From an uncultured Roseicyclus sp. (GTDB lineage: Bacteria; Pseudomonadota; Alphaproteobacteria; Rhodobacterales; Rhodobacteraceae), in the NCBI GenBank assembly GCA_947494975.1, contig CANLXA010000004.1, positions 341,001 to 405,000 on the forward strand: a stretch of 64,000 nucleotides of DNA, given 5' to 3'. The notes under the pieces are model-generated. The model had not been told where the DNA came from and did no database searches. It was given only the letters and a program-made list of their open reading frames with translations. Below, piece by piece: positions 49,332 through 59,436 of the stretch. Numbering within the stretch: position 1 is the stretch's first letter; each line of letters opens with the position of its first letter. The position numbers and the translations under genes were made by a program.

Positions 49332-49772
49332 TCAACTTGCCCCGGTATCACGGGTGCAGGGCGCGCGATGCATCAAAGCGCCGATCAGGATCAGAATGGC
49401 CCCGAACACCATGCCAAAGACCAGCCCGGCCGAGGCCAGGATCGAGGTGATGGCAAGGCTGCTGGCCGCGTCGTCGCTCAGGCCCTCGGCACTTTCCAGC
49501 GCGACAAGGGCGGTGTCCGCAATCTGCTCACCCCAAGCGCCCAGGCCCGCCATGGGTACGAAAACGAAGACGGCCCCAAGCGCGAGAAATCCGCGTGCGA
49601 AGGCGCGTTTTCCGGTCTCCGCGAACCAGATCAACGCGCACGTCGCCGCCGCCGAAACCAAACCGGTGAGCGTGGCCGTCATGGCGGAGGTCAGGCCGAT
49701 CACGAACAGGAAGGCGAAGAGGAACGACAGGATCCCGAACAGGATCAGCGCGGTCAGTTTTGGGCCGGTCAT
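49332..49772 (-). CDS. Small 4-TM membrane protein (paralog A)
   Basis: Four hydrophobic segments; same shared motif and G.LMHR C-terminus. Confidence 0.75.
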   Translation of the reverse strand: MTGPKLTALILFGILSFLFAFLFVIGLTSAMTATLTGLVSAAATCALIWFAETGKRAFARGFLALGAVFVFVPMAGLGAWGEQIADTALVALESAEGLSDDAASSLAITSILASAGLVFGMVFGAILILIGALMHRAPCTRDTGAS

Positions 49773-49930
49773 CAGGGCACCTCGGCATATTGGAGTAGCA
49801 TCATGTTACAGGCCCGGCGCACAGGCGGCCAAGGTGGGGCAAACCGGTAGTCGGCCTTCGGATTGATAGAGTATTGATATACCCCGATCCAGTTGGCGAG
49901 GGCGTTTCGGGCGCTTCGAACGGGGCTGGA

Positions 49931-51148
49931 TCAGAGCGCGCGGCCCTGCATCAGGCGCGGTAAGTCGCCCGTCAAACCTGCAGCCTCGCGAATGAAGGTC
50001 CGCCGCAGGCCGGGCAGCGCGCCGATGACGCCCATCCCGACATCCCGGACCGTGCGGAGGGCAGAATTATCGTTCGAGAACAGCTTGTTGAACGCATCCG
50101 TGGCAATCGCAAGGCTCGCCGTATCGAACCGACGCCATTGCTGATAGCGCGCCAGCACATTCGATGCGGCGATATCCTCGCCCCGGCGTTTCGCGTCCGC
50201 CAGCACTTCCGCCAGCGCGCCGACATCCCGCAGTCCAAGGTTCAGACCCTGCCCCGCAATCGGGTGAATTCCATGGGCCGCATCACCCACCAGTGCCAGC
50301 TTCTCGGCCACGAACGCGCTGGCGAGGCTGAGGGAGAGGGGGTAGCTATATCGTTGACCAGACAGGGAAATATCGCCCAGGAAATCCCCAAAGGCCGGGC
50401 GCAGCGCATCCAGAAACGTGGCGTCATCCGCCGCCGCCAACTCGCCCGCGCGCGGCTCCGTCTCGGACCACACGATGGAGGATCGGTTGCCCGGAAGCGG
50501 CAGGATCGCCAACGGGCCGCCCGGCATGAAAAACTGCTGCGCCACGCCGTTATGGGGCCGCTCGTGATCCACCGCGCAGACCAGCGCCGTCTGCCCGTAT
50601 CCCCACCCAGTCCGTTTGATCCCGGCCCGGTCCGCCACGCCGGATCGCCGACCATCCGCTCCGATCAGAAGCCGCCCGCGCAACACGTCCCCACCGTCAA
50701 GCGTTACCGATGCCAACCCGTTGGTATCTTGCGACAAAACCCGCGCACCGGCCCGATGTGTGATCAGCGGTTCGTGCTCCATCGCATCCAGCAGTGCGCG
50801 GCGCAGATAACGGTCCTCCAGCATATGGCCCATCGGGCCTTCCTCGATCTCGGCATGGTCGAAATGCAGGAAAAAGGGCGCGGCACCCTCACCAGCGCGC
50901 CCGTCAGAGGCCTTGATCTCGAGGATCGGCTGCGCGTGATCCGCGACCTCCCCCCAGATCCCCAGCGCGTCCAGCATCCGTACCGACGCCAGCGCCAGCG
51001 CATAGGCCCGCCCGTCAAAGCCCGCATCGGCGCGGGTCACGGCGGGCAGGGCGTCCAGAACCACGCTCGACAGGCCCGCCTGCGCGCAGGCAAGTGCTAG
51101 GCAGGGTCCGTTTAACCCCCCGCCAACAATCAGAATTTCCGCATCCAT
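49931..51148 (-). CDS. UbiH/COQ6-family FAD-dependent hydroxylase
   Basis: IVGGGLNG, GADGRRS, GDAAHGIHPIAGQGLNLGLRD motifs. Confidence 0.93.
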   Translation of the reverse strand: MDAEILIVGGGLNGPCLALACAQAGLSSVVLDALPAVTRADAGFDGRAYALALASVRMLDALGIWGEVADHAQPILEIKASDGRAGEGAAPFFLHFDHAEIEEGPMGHMLEDRYLRRALLDAMEHEPLITHRAGARVLSQDTNGLASVTLDGGDVLRGRLLIGADGRRSGVADRAGIKRTGWGYGQTALVCAVDHERPHNGVAQQFFMPGGPLAILPLPGNRSSIVWSETEPRAGELAAADDATFLDALRPAFGDFLGDISLSGQRYSYPLSLSLASAFVAEKLALVGDAAHGIHPIAGQGLNLGLRDVGALAEVLADAKRRGEDIAASNVLARYQQWRRFDTASLAIATDAFNKLFSNDNSALRTVRDVGMGVIGALPGLRRTFIREAAGLTGDLPRLMQGRAL

Positions 51149-51242
51149 TTTACTCATGCCCCTGAGTATCGGGCGCGTGTGGGGATTGTCCATGCGGCGC
51201 GGCGTCGTTAGCGTTTCCCGGCGGACCTTGGGGGATGAATGC

Positions 51243-52565
51243 ATGGATTGGCTCTGGAAAAGCGCGTGTGACATCGGGCGCGGCATTGGCGCCGGGGATG
51301 TCGATCCCGTCGACCTGACAGAAGCCTATCTGGAGGCTGCCAGCGATCATCCCTACGCCACCCGGATCTACGCCCGGTTCACCCGCGAACGGGCGCTGAA
51401 TGAGGCGATCGCCGCCCATGATCGCGCCCGCCACGGCATCCGTCGCGGGCTTCTGGACGGCGTGCCGATCAGCTGGAAGGATCTGTTCGATACGGCCGGT
51501 GTCAAAACGGAAGCCGGATCGAAGCTTCTGGAGGGCCGCGTCCCGGCGCAGGATGCCGAAGTGCTTTCCAACGCGACTCGTGTGGGCCTTGTGTGCCTGG
51601 GCAAAACCCACATGACGGAGCTTGCGTTTTCCGGGCTTGGGGTGAATCCCTCGACCGCGACGCCGCCCAATTTCAACGATCCCGAACTTGCGCCCGGCGG
51701 CTCCTCGTCTGGTGCTGCCACCTCCGTCGCCTACGGGTTGGCGGCGGCGGGCATCGGATCGGACACCGGTGGATCGGTGCGCTTGCCGTCCGCGTGGAAC
51801 GATCTTGTGGGCTTCAAGCCCACCCACGGCGCGCTGTCGCTTGCGGGCGTCGTCCCGCTGGTGGAGCGGTTCGATACGGTCGGGCCACTGTGCCGCAGTG
51901 TCGAGGATTGCGCCGAGCTGTTCGCTGTGATGGGCCATCGCGCCGCGCCGGACCTGCGCGAAGCCTCGCTCAGCGGCACCCGTCTTATGGTTCTGAATCC
52001 CTATGCCAGCGATGTCCGCGATGCGCCGGGGGCGGCGTTCCAATCGGCGGTGGAGCGGCTCAGCGCCGCGGGCGCGCAGATCGATACCGCTGAAAGCGCC
52101 GCTGTCGATGAGGCCATGCAGACCACCCTTTCCCTTTATACCGCAGAGGCTTACGGCATATGGGGCAAGGTGATCGACGCCGATCCGGACAAGATGTTCC
52201 ACCGCATCCGCGACCGGTTCCGGCAAGGCGCCGATGTGAAAGCCGCCGATTTCGTCGCGCTCTGGCAACGGCTCCGCGTGCTTCGGGCGGCATTCTGGAA
52301 CCAGGCCGCCGCCTATGATGCCGTGATCATTCCGAGCGCCGCCAACACCCCGCCCAATGTCGAACGTCTCGACAGCGATGACGACTACTTTGTGACGGAA
52401 AACCTGCTGACCCTGCGCAATACGCGGGTCGGAAATCTTATGGGGGCCTGCGCGATATCGCTGCCCACGGGCGTTCCGTCGACGGGGATCATGTTCATGG
52501 GTGCCCCGGGGCAGGATGATCGATTGCTGCGTCTGGCCGCGGGGGCCGAGGCGGCGTTGTCGTGA
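51243..52565 (+). CDS. Amidase signature family protein
   Basis: LDGVPISWKDLFD, PGGSSSG, GSDTGGSVR.P motifs; start reassigned to MDWLW. Confidence 0.93.
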   Translation: MDWLWKSACDIGRGIGAGDVDPVDLTEAYLEAASDHPYATRIYARFTRERALNEAIAAHDRARHGIRRGLLDGVPISWKDLFDTAGVKTEAGSKLLEGRVPAQDAEVLSNATRVGLVCLGKTHMTELAFSGLGVNPSTATPPNFNDPELAPGGSSSGAATSVAYGLAAAGIGSDTGGSVRLPSAWNDLVGFKPTHGALSLAGVVPLVERFDTVGPLCRSVEDCAELFAVMGHRAAPDLREASLSGTRLMVLNPYASDVRDAPGAAFQSAVERLSAAGAQIDTAESAAVDEAMQTTLSLYTAEAYGIWGKVIDADPDKMFHRIRDRFRQGADVKAADFVALWQRLRVLRAAFWNQAAAYDAVIIPSAANTPPNVERLDSDDDYFVTENLLTLRNTRVGNLMGACAISLPTGVPSTGIMFMGAPGQDDRLLRLAAGAEAALS

Positions 52566-52704
52566 CAGGACAGGAGCGACATGTCCTGAAGGCCACACCC
52601 GCCTGATTCTGCGCCCGTTTTTCTGGACCCGGACGCCCCGCTTCGCTATCCTTCGGTCAAACAGGGCAAAACGACCCTGATCTTGAGGCAGCAAAGCAGG
52701 TCCC

Positions 52705-53886
52705 ATGGCCTTTCCGGAGCGGTTTTCGAACCTCCCAGATTATGCATTTCCGCGTTTGCGGACATTGCTTGATGTGCATGAGCCGGGTGGCGAGCCCGTG
52801 CTGATGACCATTGGTGAGCCGCGCCATGCCTTCCCGCCCTGGATCGGCGACGTGATTACCACGCATCTGCAAGGCTTTGGTCGGTATCCCGAGAATGATG
52901 GAACGATGGCCCTGCGCGTGGCGCAGGCCGATTGGCTGGGGCGTCGGTTCGGCATCGATGTGGCGGCCGATACGCAGATCCTTGCGCTCAACGGCACCCG
53001 CGAAGGACTCTACAATGCCTGCATGGCGCTCTGCCCGGAGCGCAAGAATGGCAAGCAGCCCGTCGTGCTGACGCCCAACCCGTTCTACCAGGTCTATGCC
53101 GTGGCCGCGCTGTCAGTCGGGGCGGAGCCGGTCTACCTGCCTGCAACCTCCGAGACAGGCGATCTGCCTGATTTCCATGCCGTCGATCCCGCGATCCTCG
53201 ACCGGACCGGCATCGCCTACATCTGCTCGCCCGCGAACCCGCAAGGCGCCGTGGCGTCCGAGGCCTATTGGGAGGCCCTGATCACGCTGGCCGAACAGCA
53301 CGATTTCAAGATCTTCGCGGATGAGTGCTATTCGGAGATCTACCGCAACGCGGCCCCAGTGAGCGCGCTTGGCGTCGCGCAGCGCATGGGCGCGGACCCG
53401 GAGCGGGTGATGATCTTTCACTCGCTCTCCAAACGCTCCAACCTGCCCGGCCTGCGTTCCGGCTTCTGCGCGGGCGGCCCGGAAAGCATTGCCCGCATGA
53501 AACAGCTGCGTGCCTATTCCGGAGCGCCCCTGCCGATGCCGCTGCAGGCGGTTGCGGAAACGGTCTGGGCGGACGAGGCGCATGTCGAGGACAACCGTGC
53601 ACTGTACCAACAGAAATACACCATCGCGGACGAGATCTTCGCCGATGTCCCCGGATACCAAGGCCCTGAGGCGGGCTTTTTCCTGTGGCTTCCTGTCGAT
53701 GATGCCGAGGCCGCAACGCTGAAGCTTTGGCGCGAGACGGGGGTGCGGGTTCTGCCCGGCCACTACCTTGCGCGCGAAGTGGATGGCGTGACGCCCGGCC
53801 AGGACCGGATCCGCGTGGCGATGGTGGCAGAACAAGAAGAAATGCGCCGGGGGCTGATGACGCTCCACAAGGCGCTATACGAGTGA
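52705..53886 (+). CDS. PLP aminotransferase class I/II (DapC-like)
   Basis: GEPRH, CSPANPQG, DECYSEIY and SLSKRSNLPGLRSG motifs. Confidence 0.92.
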   Translation: MAFPERFSNLPDYAFPRLRTLLDVHEPGGEPVLMTIGEPRHAFPPWIGDVITTHLQGFGRYPENDGTMALRVAQADWLGRRFGIDVAADTQILALNGTREGLYNACMALCPERKNGKQPVVLTPNPFYQVYAVAALSVGAEPVYLPATSETGDLPDFHAVDPAILDRTGIAYICSPANPQGAVASEAYWEALITLAEQHDFKIFADECYSEIYRNAAPVSALGVAQRMGADPERVMIFHSLSKRSNLPGLRSGFCAGGPESIARMKQLRAYSGAPLPMPLQAVAETVWADEAHVEDNRALYQQKYTIADEIFADVPGYQGPEAGFFLWLPVDDAEAATLKLWRETGVRVLPGHYLAREVDGVTPGQDRIRVAMVAEQEEMRRGLMTLHKALYE

Positions 53887-53897
53887 GGTAAGACCAA

Positions 53898-56708
53898 ATG
53901 GCCTATCAGACCCGACAGCGTGAGCCGCTTCTGGATGGACATATGCACGAGGTGCTGATGCGCCGCGGGCAGGAGATGTTCGGCATGGCGTTGATGGGCC
54001 TCGCCGTGGCCCTGGCCGCACTATTGTGGAGCTACGTGCCGGAGGATCCGAACTGGATGGCCGCCACCGATGCGACGCCCGAAAACCTGCTGGGGCGGGG
54101 CGGTGCGTCGATTGCCGCTGTCCTGATCATGATCATGGGGTTCGCGGCATGGGTTCTGCCGGTCGCTGCCATGGTCTGGGGCGTGCGGTTCTTGATTCAT
54201 CGCGGCCACGAGCGGGCCTTGGGTCGCGTCCTGTTTCTGCCGATCGCGATTGCGCTGGCGGCGATTTATGCGGCAAGCCATGTGCCGCCGGCCGATTGGC
54301 CCCATTCCTTCGGGGCGGGCGGGTTGTTCGGTGATACGATCCTTGGCGCGGTGCTGAACGCCCTGCCGCTTGCGCCGCAATTCGGCATCCGGATCGCGGC
54401 CTTCGCCGCATTCCTTGCCACGGTTGCGATGCTGGTCTTCGTGCTCGGGATGACCCGGCGCGATATCGGCCTGACGCTTCGGTTCCTCCTGATCGGCCTG
54501 ATGGCGACGGGGTCTGCTGTTGCGCGCATTTTGCAATCACTTGGCCGCCGGGCCGGGGCCACGGCGCAGGCCGTGCAGGCCCGCCGCGCCGCCGCCCGGG
54601 CCGAAGGCACGCAGCGTGTTGCCGTGGCCGATCCTCGGGTGCGCCGTGCGGGTGTTTCCGTTGAACCGGCGATGGATGCCGGGGATCTGGACGCGGATAC
54701 GGCGCAGCCCACCGGCCTTTTCGGCCGGATGCCGCGCCTTTTGCGCGATCCCGAGCCGCCATTGGAAGGTCCGCTGCCCGAGGCTGATCCGGTGCTTGTC
54801 GAGGGTCTGGATTACGGTCAGCCGCCGGGTGATGATCGCGTTCGGTCCCGCATTTCCGAAGCGATCCGCGCCCGTGTACGCCAACCCAATACGATCACCG
54901 ATGTGGCCGCCCGCGCCCGCGTCACGCCCGGAACACCGTCACGCGTGCCGCAGCTGAACCGGATCGAGCCGCCCCTGACCGCTGGTGATGTCCCCGCGGA
55001 GGCGCCCATGGCGAGTGTTGAGCCGGTGGATCTCTACGATGACGCCCCGGAGCCCGCTCCTGCCCCGCTCCCGCAGGCACAGCCCGCCTTGCAGCGGCGC
55101 GTGGTGCAGCAGCCCACCCGCAAGGCCCCGGCGCAGTCGCGGCAAGCCAAGGCGGATCAACAGCCATCCCTGCCGCTGAGCGAGCCGGAGCCCTATGAAT
55201 TCCCGCCGCTGACGCTGCTGACCAATCCGACGACGATCGAGCGTCATCACCTGTCCGACGAAGCGCTCGAAGAAAACGCGCGGATGCTGGAAAACGTGCT
55301 GGATGATTACGGCGTGAAGGGCGAGATCGTGAGCGTGCGCCCGGGCCCCGTCGTCACCATGTATGAACTGGAACCGGCGCCGGGCCTCAAGGCGTCGCGC
55401 GTGATCGGCCTGGCCGACGATATCGCGCGCTCGATGTCCGCACTCAGCGCCCGCGTGTCCACCGTTCCGGGCCGTACCGTGATCGGCATCGAATTGCCCA
55501 ACCAGAACCGTGAAATGGTGGTCCTGCGTGAAATGCTGAGCCATCGGGATTTCGGGGACGGCGCGCACAAGCTTCCGCTGGCTTTGGGCAAGGATATCGG
55601 CGGTGAACCCGTTATCGCGAACCTCGCCAAGATGCCCCACCTGCTGATCGCGGGCACGACCGGTTCGGGTAAGTCCGTCGCGATCAACACGATGATCCTC
55701 AGCCTGCTGTACAAGCTAAAGCCGGAAGATTGCCGGATGATCATGATCGACCCGAAGATGCTGGAACTCAGCGTCTATGACGGCATCCCGCACCTCCTGT
55801 CCCCCGTTGTGACGGACCCCAAAAAGGCCGTCGTGGCGTTGAAATGGACCGTGGGCGAGATGGAGGAGCGGTACCGCAAGATGTCCAAAATGGGCGTGCG
55901 GAATATCGATGGCTACAATTCCCGCGTGAAGGACGCACTGGACAAGGGTGAGATGTTCTCTCGCACCTTCCAGACGGGTTTTGACGACGAGACGGGTGAA
56001 CCGGTTTTCGAGACCGAAGAATACCTGCCCGAGAAGATGCCCTATATCGTCGTCATCGTCGATGAGATGGCCGACCTGATGATGGTCGCAGGCAAGGAGA
56101 TCGAGGCCTGCATCCAGCGCCTGGCCCAGATGGCGCGGGCCTCGGGCATCCATATCATCATGGCCACGCAACGCCCCTCAGTCGATGTGATCACCGGTAC
56201 GATCAAGGCGAACTTCCCGACGCGGATTTCCTTCCACGTCACGTCCAAGGTGGATAGCCGCACGATCCTGGGGGAAATGGGCGCCGAACAGCTTCTGGGC
56301 ATGGGCGACATGCTCTACATGGCGGGCGGGGCCAAGATCACCCGTGTGCACGGGCCGTTCTGTTCCGACGAGGAAGTCGAGGAAATCGTCCGCCACCTCA
56401 AGAGCTTCGGCCCGCCGGATTATGCCTCCAGCGTTCTGGAAGGGCCTGATGAGGACAAGGAAAGCGATATCGACGCGGTTCTGGGCCTCGCCACCGGCGG
56501 CAATACGGGCGGCGAAGACGCGCTCTACGATCAGGCGGTGGCGGTGGTGCTCAAGGACCGGAAATGCTCGACCTCCTACATCCAGCGCAAGCTGGGCATC
56601 GGCTACAACAAGGCCGCGCGCCTGGTGGAACAGATGGAGGATAACAGCCTCGTGTCGAGCGCCAACCATGTGGGCAAGCGCGAGATCCTGGTGCCGGAGC
56701 AGGACTAG
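53898..56708 (+). CDS. ftsK: DNA translocase FtsK
   Basis: N-terminal 4-TM region, [16 protein letters not shown] Walker [13 protein letters not shown] and gamma domain [17 protein letters not shown]. Confidence 0.98.
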   Translation: MAYQTRQREPLLDGHMHEVLMRRGQEMFGMALMGLAVALAALLWSYVPEDPNWMAATDATPENLLGRGGASIAAVLIMIMGFAAWVLPVAAMVWGVRFLIHRGHERALGRVLFLPIAIALAAIYAASHVPPADWPHSFGAGGLFGDTILGAVLNALPLAPQFGIRIAAFAAFLATVAMLVFVLGMTRRDIGLTLRFLLIGLMATGSAVARILQSLGRRAGATAQAVQARRAAARAEGTQRVAVADPRVRRAGVSVEPAMDAGDLDADTAQPTGLFGRMPRLLRDPEPPLEGPLPEADPVLVEGLDYGQPPGDDRVRSRISEAIRARVRQPNTITDVAARARVTPGTPSRVPQLNRIEPPLTAGDVPAEAPMASVEPVDLYDDAPEPAPAPLPQAQPALQRRVVQQPTRKAPAQSRQAKADQQPSLPLSEPEPYEFPPLTLLTNPTTIERHHLSDEALEENARMLENVLDDYGVKGEIVSVRPGPVVTMYELEPAPGLKASRVIGLADDIARSMSALSARVSTVPGRTVIGIELPNQNREMVVLREMLSHRDFGDGAHKLPLALGKDIGGEPVIANLAKMPHLLIAGTTGSGKSVAINTMILSLLYKLKPEDCRMIMIDPKMLELSVYDGIPHLLSPVVTDPKKAVVALKWTVGEMEERYRKMSKMGVRNIDGYNSRVKDALDKGEMFSRTFQTGFDDETGEPVFETEEYLPEKMPYIVVIVDEMADLMMVAGKEIEACIQRLAQMARASGIHIIMATQRPSVDVITGTIKANFPTRISFHVTSKVDSRTILGEMGAEQLLGMGDMLYMAGGAKITRVHGPFCSDEEVEEIVRHLKSFGPPDYASSVLEGPDEDKESDIDAVLGLATGGNTGGEDALYDQAVAVVLKDRKCSTSYIQRKLGIGYNKAARLVEQMEDNSLVSSANHVGKREILVPEQD

Positions 56709-56717
56709 GGATGCGGG

Positions 56718-56791
56718 TTATCAAGGTTGATAAGGTGGGTTAATACTCTGACTTAGAATGATTTTCAGATTCTTATTAACCTTCTGCTAAC
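56718..56791. promoter_or_regulatory. AT-rich segment after ftsK with a perfect palindrome, a GANTC site and a CtrA-like box
   Basis: TTATCAA-gg-TTGATAA 56718-56733, GATTC 56768-56772, TTAA-ccttctg-CTAAC 56776-56791. Confidence 0.4.
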
Positions 56792-56911
56792 CATAAAGGC
56801 ACGGTTTCACCCGCATCCGGCTTAAGCGTCGGTTGCCGGGGAGGATGGGCGAGTGCCGTCCGCGATCGCGGCGCAGGACGGTCGCTGTCCATGGCCGGGT
56901 GCGAGCCCTAA

Positions 56912-57301
56912 TCACCCTTTGATAATCGCTGTTTCATCCCACACTTGTGCAGAATTCGGGTGAATTGATTTTTCCGGTTTATACTTGCCGGGATCGTCCA
57001 GTGAAGACGCGTGTACGTATATCCGATCACGCATCCGTAGGCTGTTCCGCGTAATCTGAGACCCGCAAGCCGGACAGAAACCACTGAAGGTTGACTGACC
57101 CGATCCGCCCGACATTTCGTATATTTTGCACGTGTTGGATATTGAGAAACCCTCGAGTGCGAGAGGCATCATCTCTGAATGACCCGAGCCGGTGAGCTGT
57201 TGGCAATCACGACAATGGCAGCGAAACGCGGGGGCATCCAAACGGGTGCCTTCATAGCGCACCAACCCACATTTGCATCCACCAAACAATCGCTCTGACA
57301 T
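56912..57301 (-). CDS. GFA family protein (islet gene 1)
   Basis: GGCKCG.VRY, CHCRDCQ and FCPACGS motifs; visibly lower GC than its neighbours. Confidence 0.88.
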   Translation of the reverse strand: MSERLFGGCKCGLVRYEGTRLDAPAFRCHCRDCQQLTGSGHSEMMPLALEGFSISNTCKIYEMSGGSGQSTFSGFCPACGSQITRNSLRMRDRIYVHASSLDDPGKYKPEKSIHPNSAQVWDETAIIKG

Positions 57302-57479
57302 CGCTGTTCCTCCGCTTCGAAACGTTAGAATAGAACTCTCGCAATGTCAGCTTTGGCCCGCACAGCGACCTTTGGTTTCTCCAAGTCGTGGCAGACGCAA
57401 AAACGGCGGCAGGTGACACTACTGACATATCTTGGTGGAGGCGTGTGCTATCTTCGAAGAAGGCTTGTGTGGGAGAGCA

Positions 57480-57959
57480 ATGATGAGCGGCATCGAGAAC
57501 TACAAATCCCAATCAGGTAAACTGATCCCTGTCTTTCGAATGGAGATAAATACACGACCGGATGATGCCGAAAGACTGTTGGACACCATCTTCAAGGTTC
57601 ATCCGCTTGCTGTTGGCGCTTACGAGCGAAATGCAACGGTAACTGCTCAGGGAGCTGAGACAGGAAGACCTGGAGAACAGACTGTTACGCGGATTCACAA
57701 CGAGGATTTCGAGGCCGATGGCACCGAGGTTTATCCCTCGGTCGAGCTGAAGGTGTCTTTCGAGCGCGATGTGCAGCTACTCCAAAAGATCATGGAGGCC
57801 GTTCTCCACGCCCATCAGTATGAGGAACCAATCATTCACATCCGCGAGGAATGGGCCAGCCGCGCAAACTACACGCCAAAGAACGATAATCCGAACCGTT
57901 GGTGGAACGACGGGCGCGGCACTCCCGAGATGGTTTCACTTGACCAAAGTCGTAGATAG
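57480..57959 (+). CDS. Stand-alone PII-like/NIF3(YqfO)-insert-like protein (islet gene 2)
   Basis: GAYER, AVLHAHQYEEP motif (cf. HPYEEP of the YqfO PII-like insert); RBS GGGAG. Confidence 0.7.
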   Translation: MMSGIENYKSQSGKLIPVFRMEINTRPDDAERLLDTIFKVHPLAVGAYERNATVTAQGAETGRPGEQTVTRIHNEDFEADGTEVYPSVELKVSFERDVQLLQKIMEAVLHAHQYEEPIIHIREEWASRANYTPKNDNPNRWWNDGRGTPEMVSLDQSRR

Positions 57960-58160
57960 CTGGTCATCCCGAACGACAGCAAAGTCCCGCAAACCTGCCA
58001 TCGTCCATGGCTCGCTCATCCGGCCCGTTTGCCCGCCCCGGATCGGCGCGGGTTCGGCGATCACCAGCCTTTGATTGCGGGTTTTCCGGGCCTGTTATCG
58101 TATAGCGGCGCGGCTATGCCTATATCTTCGGTAAGCATTTCGAATCGGAGAGAAAATCCC

Positions 58161-58769
58161 ATGCCGATCACCCGCCGTGCCCTTTTGGGGACCAGCGCCG
58201 CCGCTATTCTCGCCCCCTCCGCGGCCTTCGCCAATGCGATCCCGCTTGCGGATCTGTCCCGCTATCTCAACAGCCTCGACACCGCCGAAAGCCCGTTCAC
58301 GCAGATCAATTCCGATGGCACCGTATCGACCGGCACCGTGTTCATCCACCGCCCCGGACGGGTGCGGTTCGAATATGACGATGACGATCTGCTGGTGATG
58401 GCCGGCGGCGGACAGGTGGCGATTTTCGATGGTCGTGCCTCGGGCCCGCCGGAGCAATATCCGCTGCGCGAAACGCCGCTGCGCATCATCTTGCAGCAAA
58501 ACGTGAATCTGGGCCAATCGGGCATGGTGAGCGAGCATTCGTTCGACGGCACCTCCACCCGCGTCGTGGCGCGGGATCCGGAGCGGCCCAATATCGGGTC
58601 GATCACGCTGGTCTTCACGCCCAACCCGATCGAATTGCGGCAATGGATCATCACCGATGAAGGCGGGTCGCAGACCACCGTGATCCTCGGTGCGCTGGAG
58701 GTCGGCGGGCGCATCCCGGCGCGCTACTTCTCGATCCCGCAGGAAACCAATGCGCGCAATGGCGGCTGA
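58161..58769 (+). CDS. lolA: Outer-membrane lipoprotein carrier protein
   Basis: LSRYLN, FTQ...G...RPGRVRFEY, YPL.ETPL and LRQW motifs. Confidence 0.9.
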   Translation: MPITRRALLGTSAAAILAPSAAFANAIPLADLSRYLNSLDTAESPFTQINSDGTVSTGTVFIHRPGRVRFEYDDDDLLVMAGGGQVAIFDGRASGPPEQYPLRETPLRIILQQNVNLGQSGMVSEHSFDGTSTRVVARDPERPNIGSITLVFTPNPIELRQWIITDEGGSQTTVILGALEVGGRIPARYFSIPQETNARNGG

Positions 58770-58772
58770 CGC

Positions 58773-59348
58773 CTAGCAGCTGGCCAATTGCATCCGGTAG
58801 ATCTCGGCGCGCTGTTCCACGCGCGTCGCGACCTCCAGCAGCCACGGCTTGGAATTGTGGCTGCCCCTTGCATAGCCGGTATGGCCCTCGTGGTAGGCGA
58901 GGTACTGGTTGCGCGTGTCATGCAGCGGGATGCCGTTCCGTTCCAGCGTCAGGTTCATGTACCAGCCCATGAAATCGGTTGCGTCGTCGATATCGGTGCG
59001 CCGGGCGCGGCGATTTCCGGTATCCTGCTGATACTCCGCCCAGGTGCCGTCGAGCGCCTGGGAATAACCGATCGCCGAGCTCTGCCGCCCCATCGGGATC
59101 ACGCCAAGCGCGAACTGGAAGGGGGGGCGGATATCGCCGTCGAACCGGCTTTCCTGATGGATGGTGGCCATCTGCACGTGCACGGGCACGTTCCAGCGCC
59201 GTTCTGTCCGGCGCATGGCACGCATGTAATTGGGCCGTTCCCGGCCCAATGCGCATGCATCATCCAGATTTCGGGGGCTGTCGAATTCCCGCGATCCACA
59301 TGCCGCGAGAGAGGCCAGAAGGCCTGTCAAAAGGGTGCGTCTATACAT
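58773..59348 (-). CDS. Lytic transglycosylase (SLT-like) lipoprotein
   Basis: Lipobox LAAC, IHQESRF, SSAIGYSQA, YLAYHEG..GY motifs. Confidence 0.88.
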   Translation of the reverse strand: MYRRTLLTGLLASLAACGSREFDSPRNLDDACALGRERPNYMRAMRRTERRWNVPVHVQMATIHQESRFDGDIRPPFQFALGVIPMGRQSSAIGYSQALDGTWAEYQQDTGNRRARRTDIDDATDFMGWYMNLTLERNGIPLHDTRNQYLAYHEGHTGYARGSHNSKPWLLEVATRVEQRAEIYRMQLASC

Positions 59349-59436
59349 TGGCCTGCTCTGCCTCTGGGTGCCGCGTTTTCACGGCTTGGGGCGGAGTATA
59401 GGCTAAAATGCTGCGCATGAAAACTGGTGGATTGCC

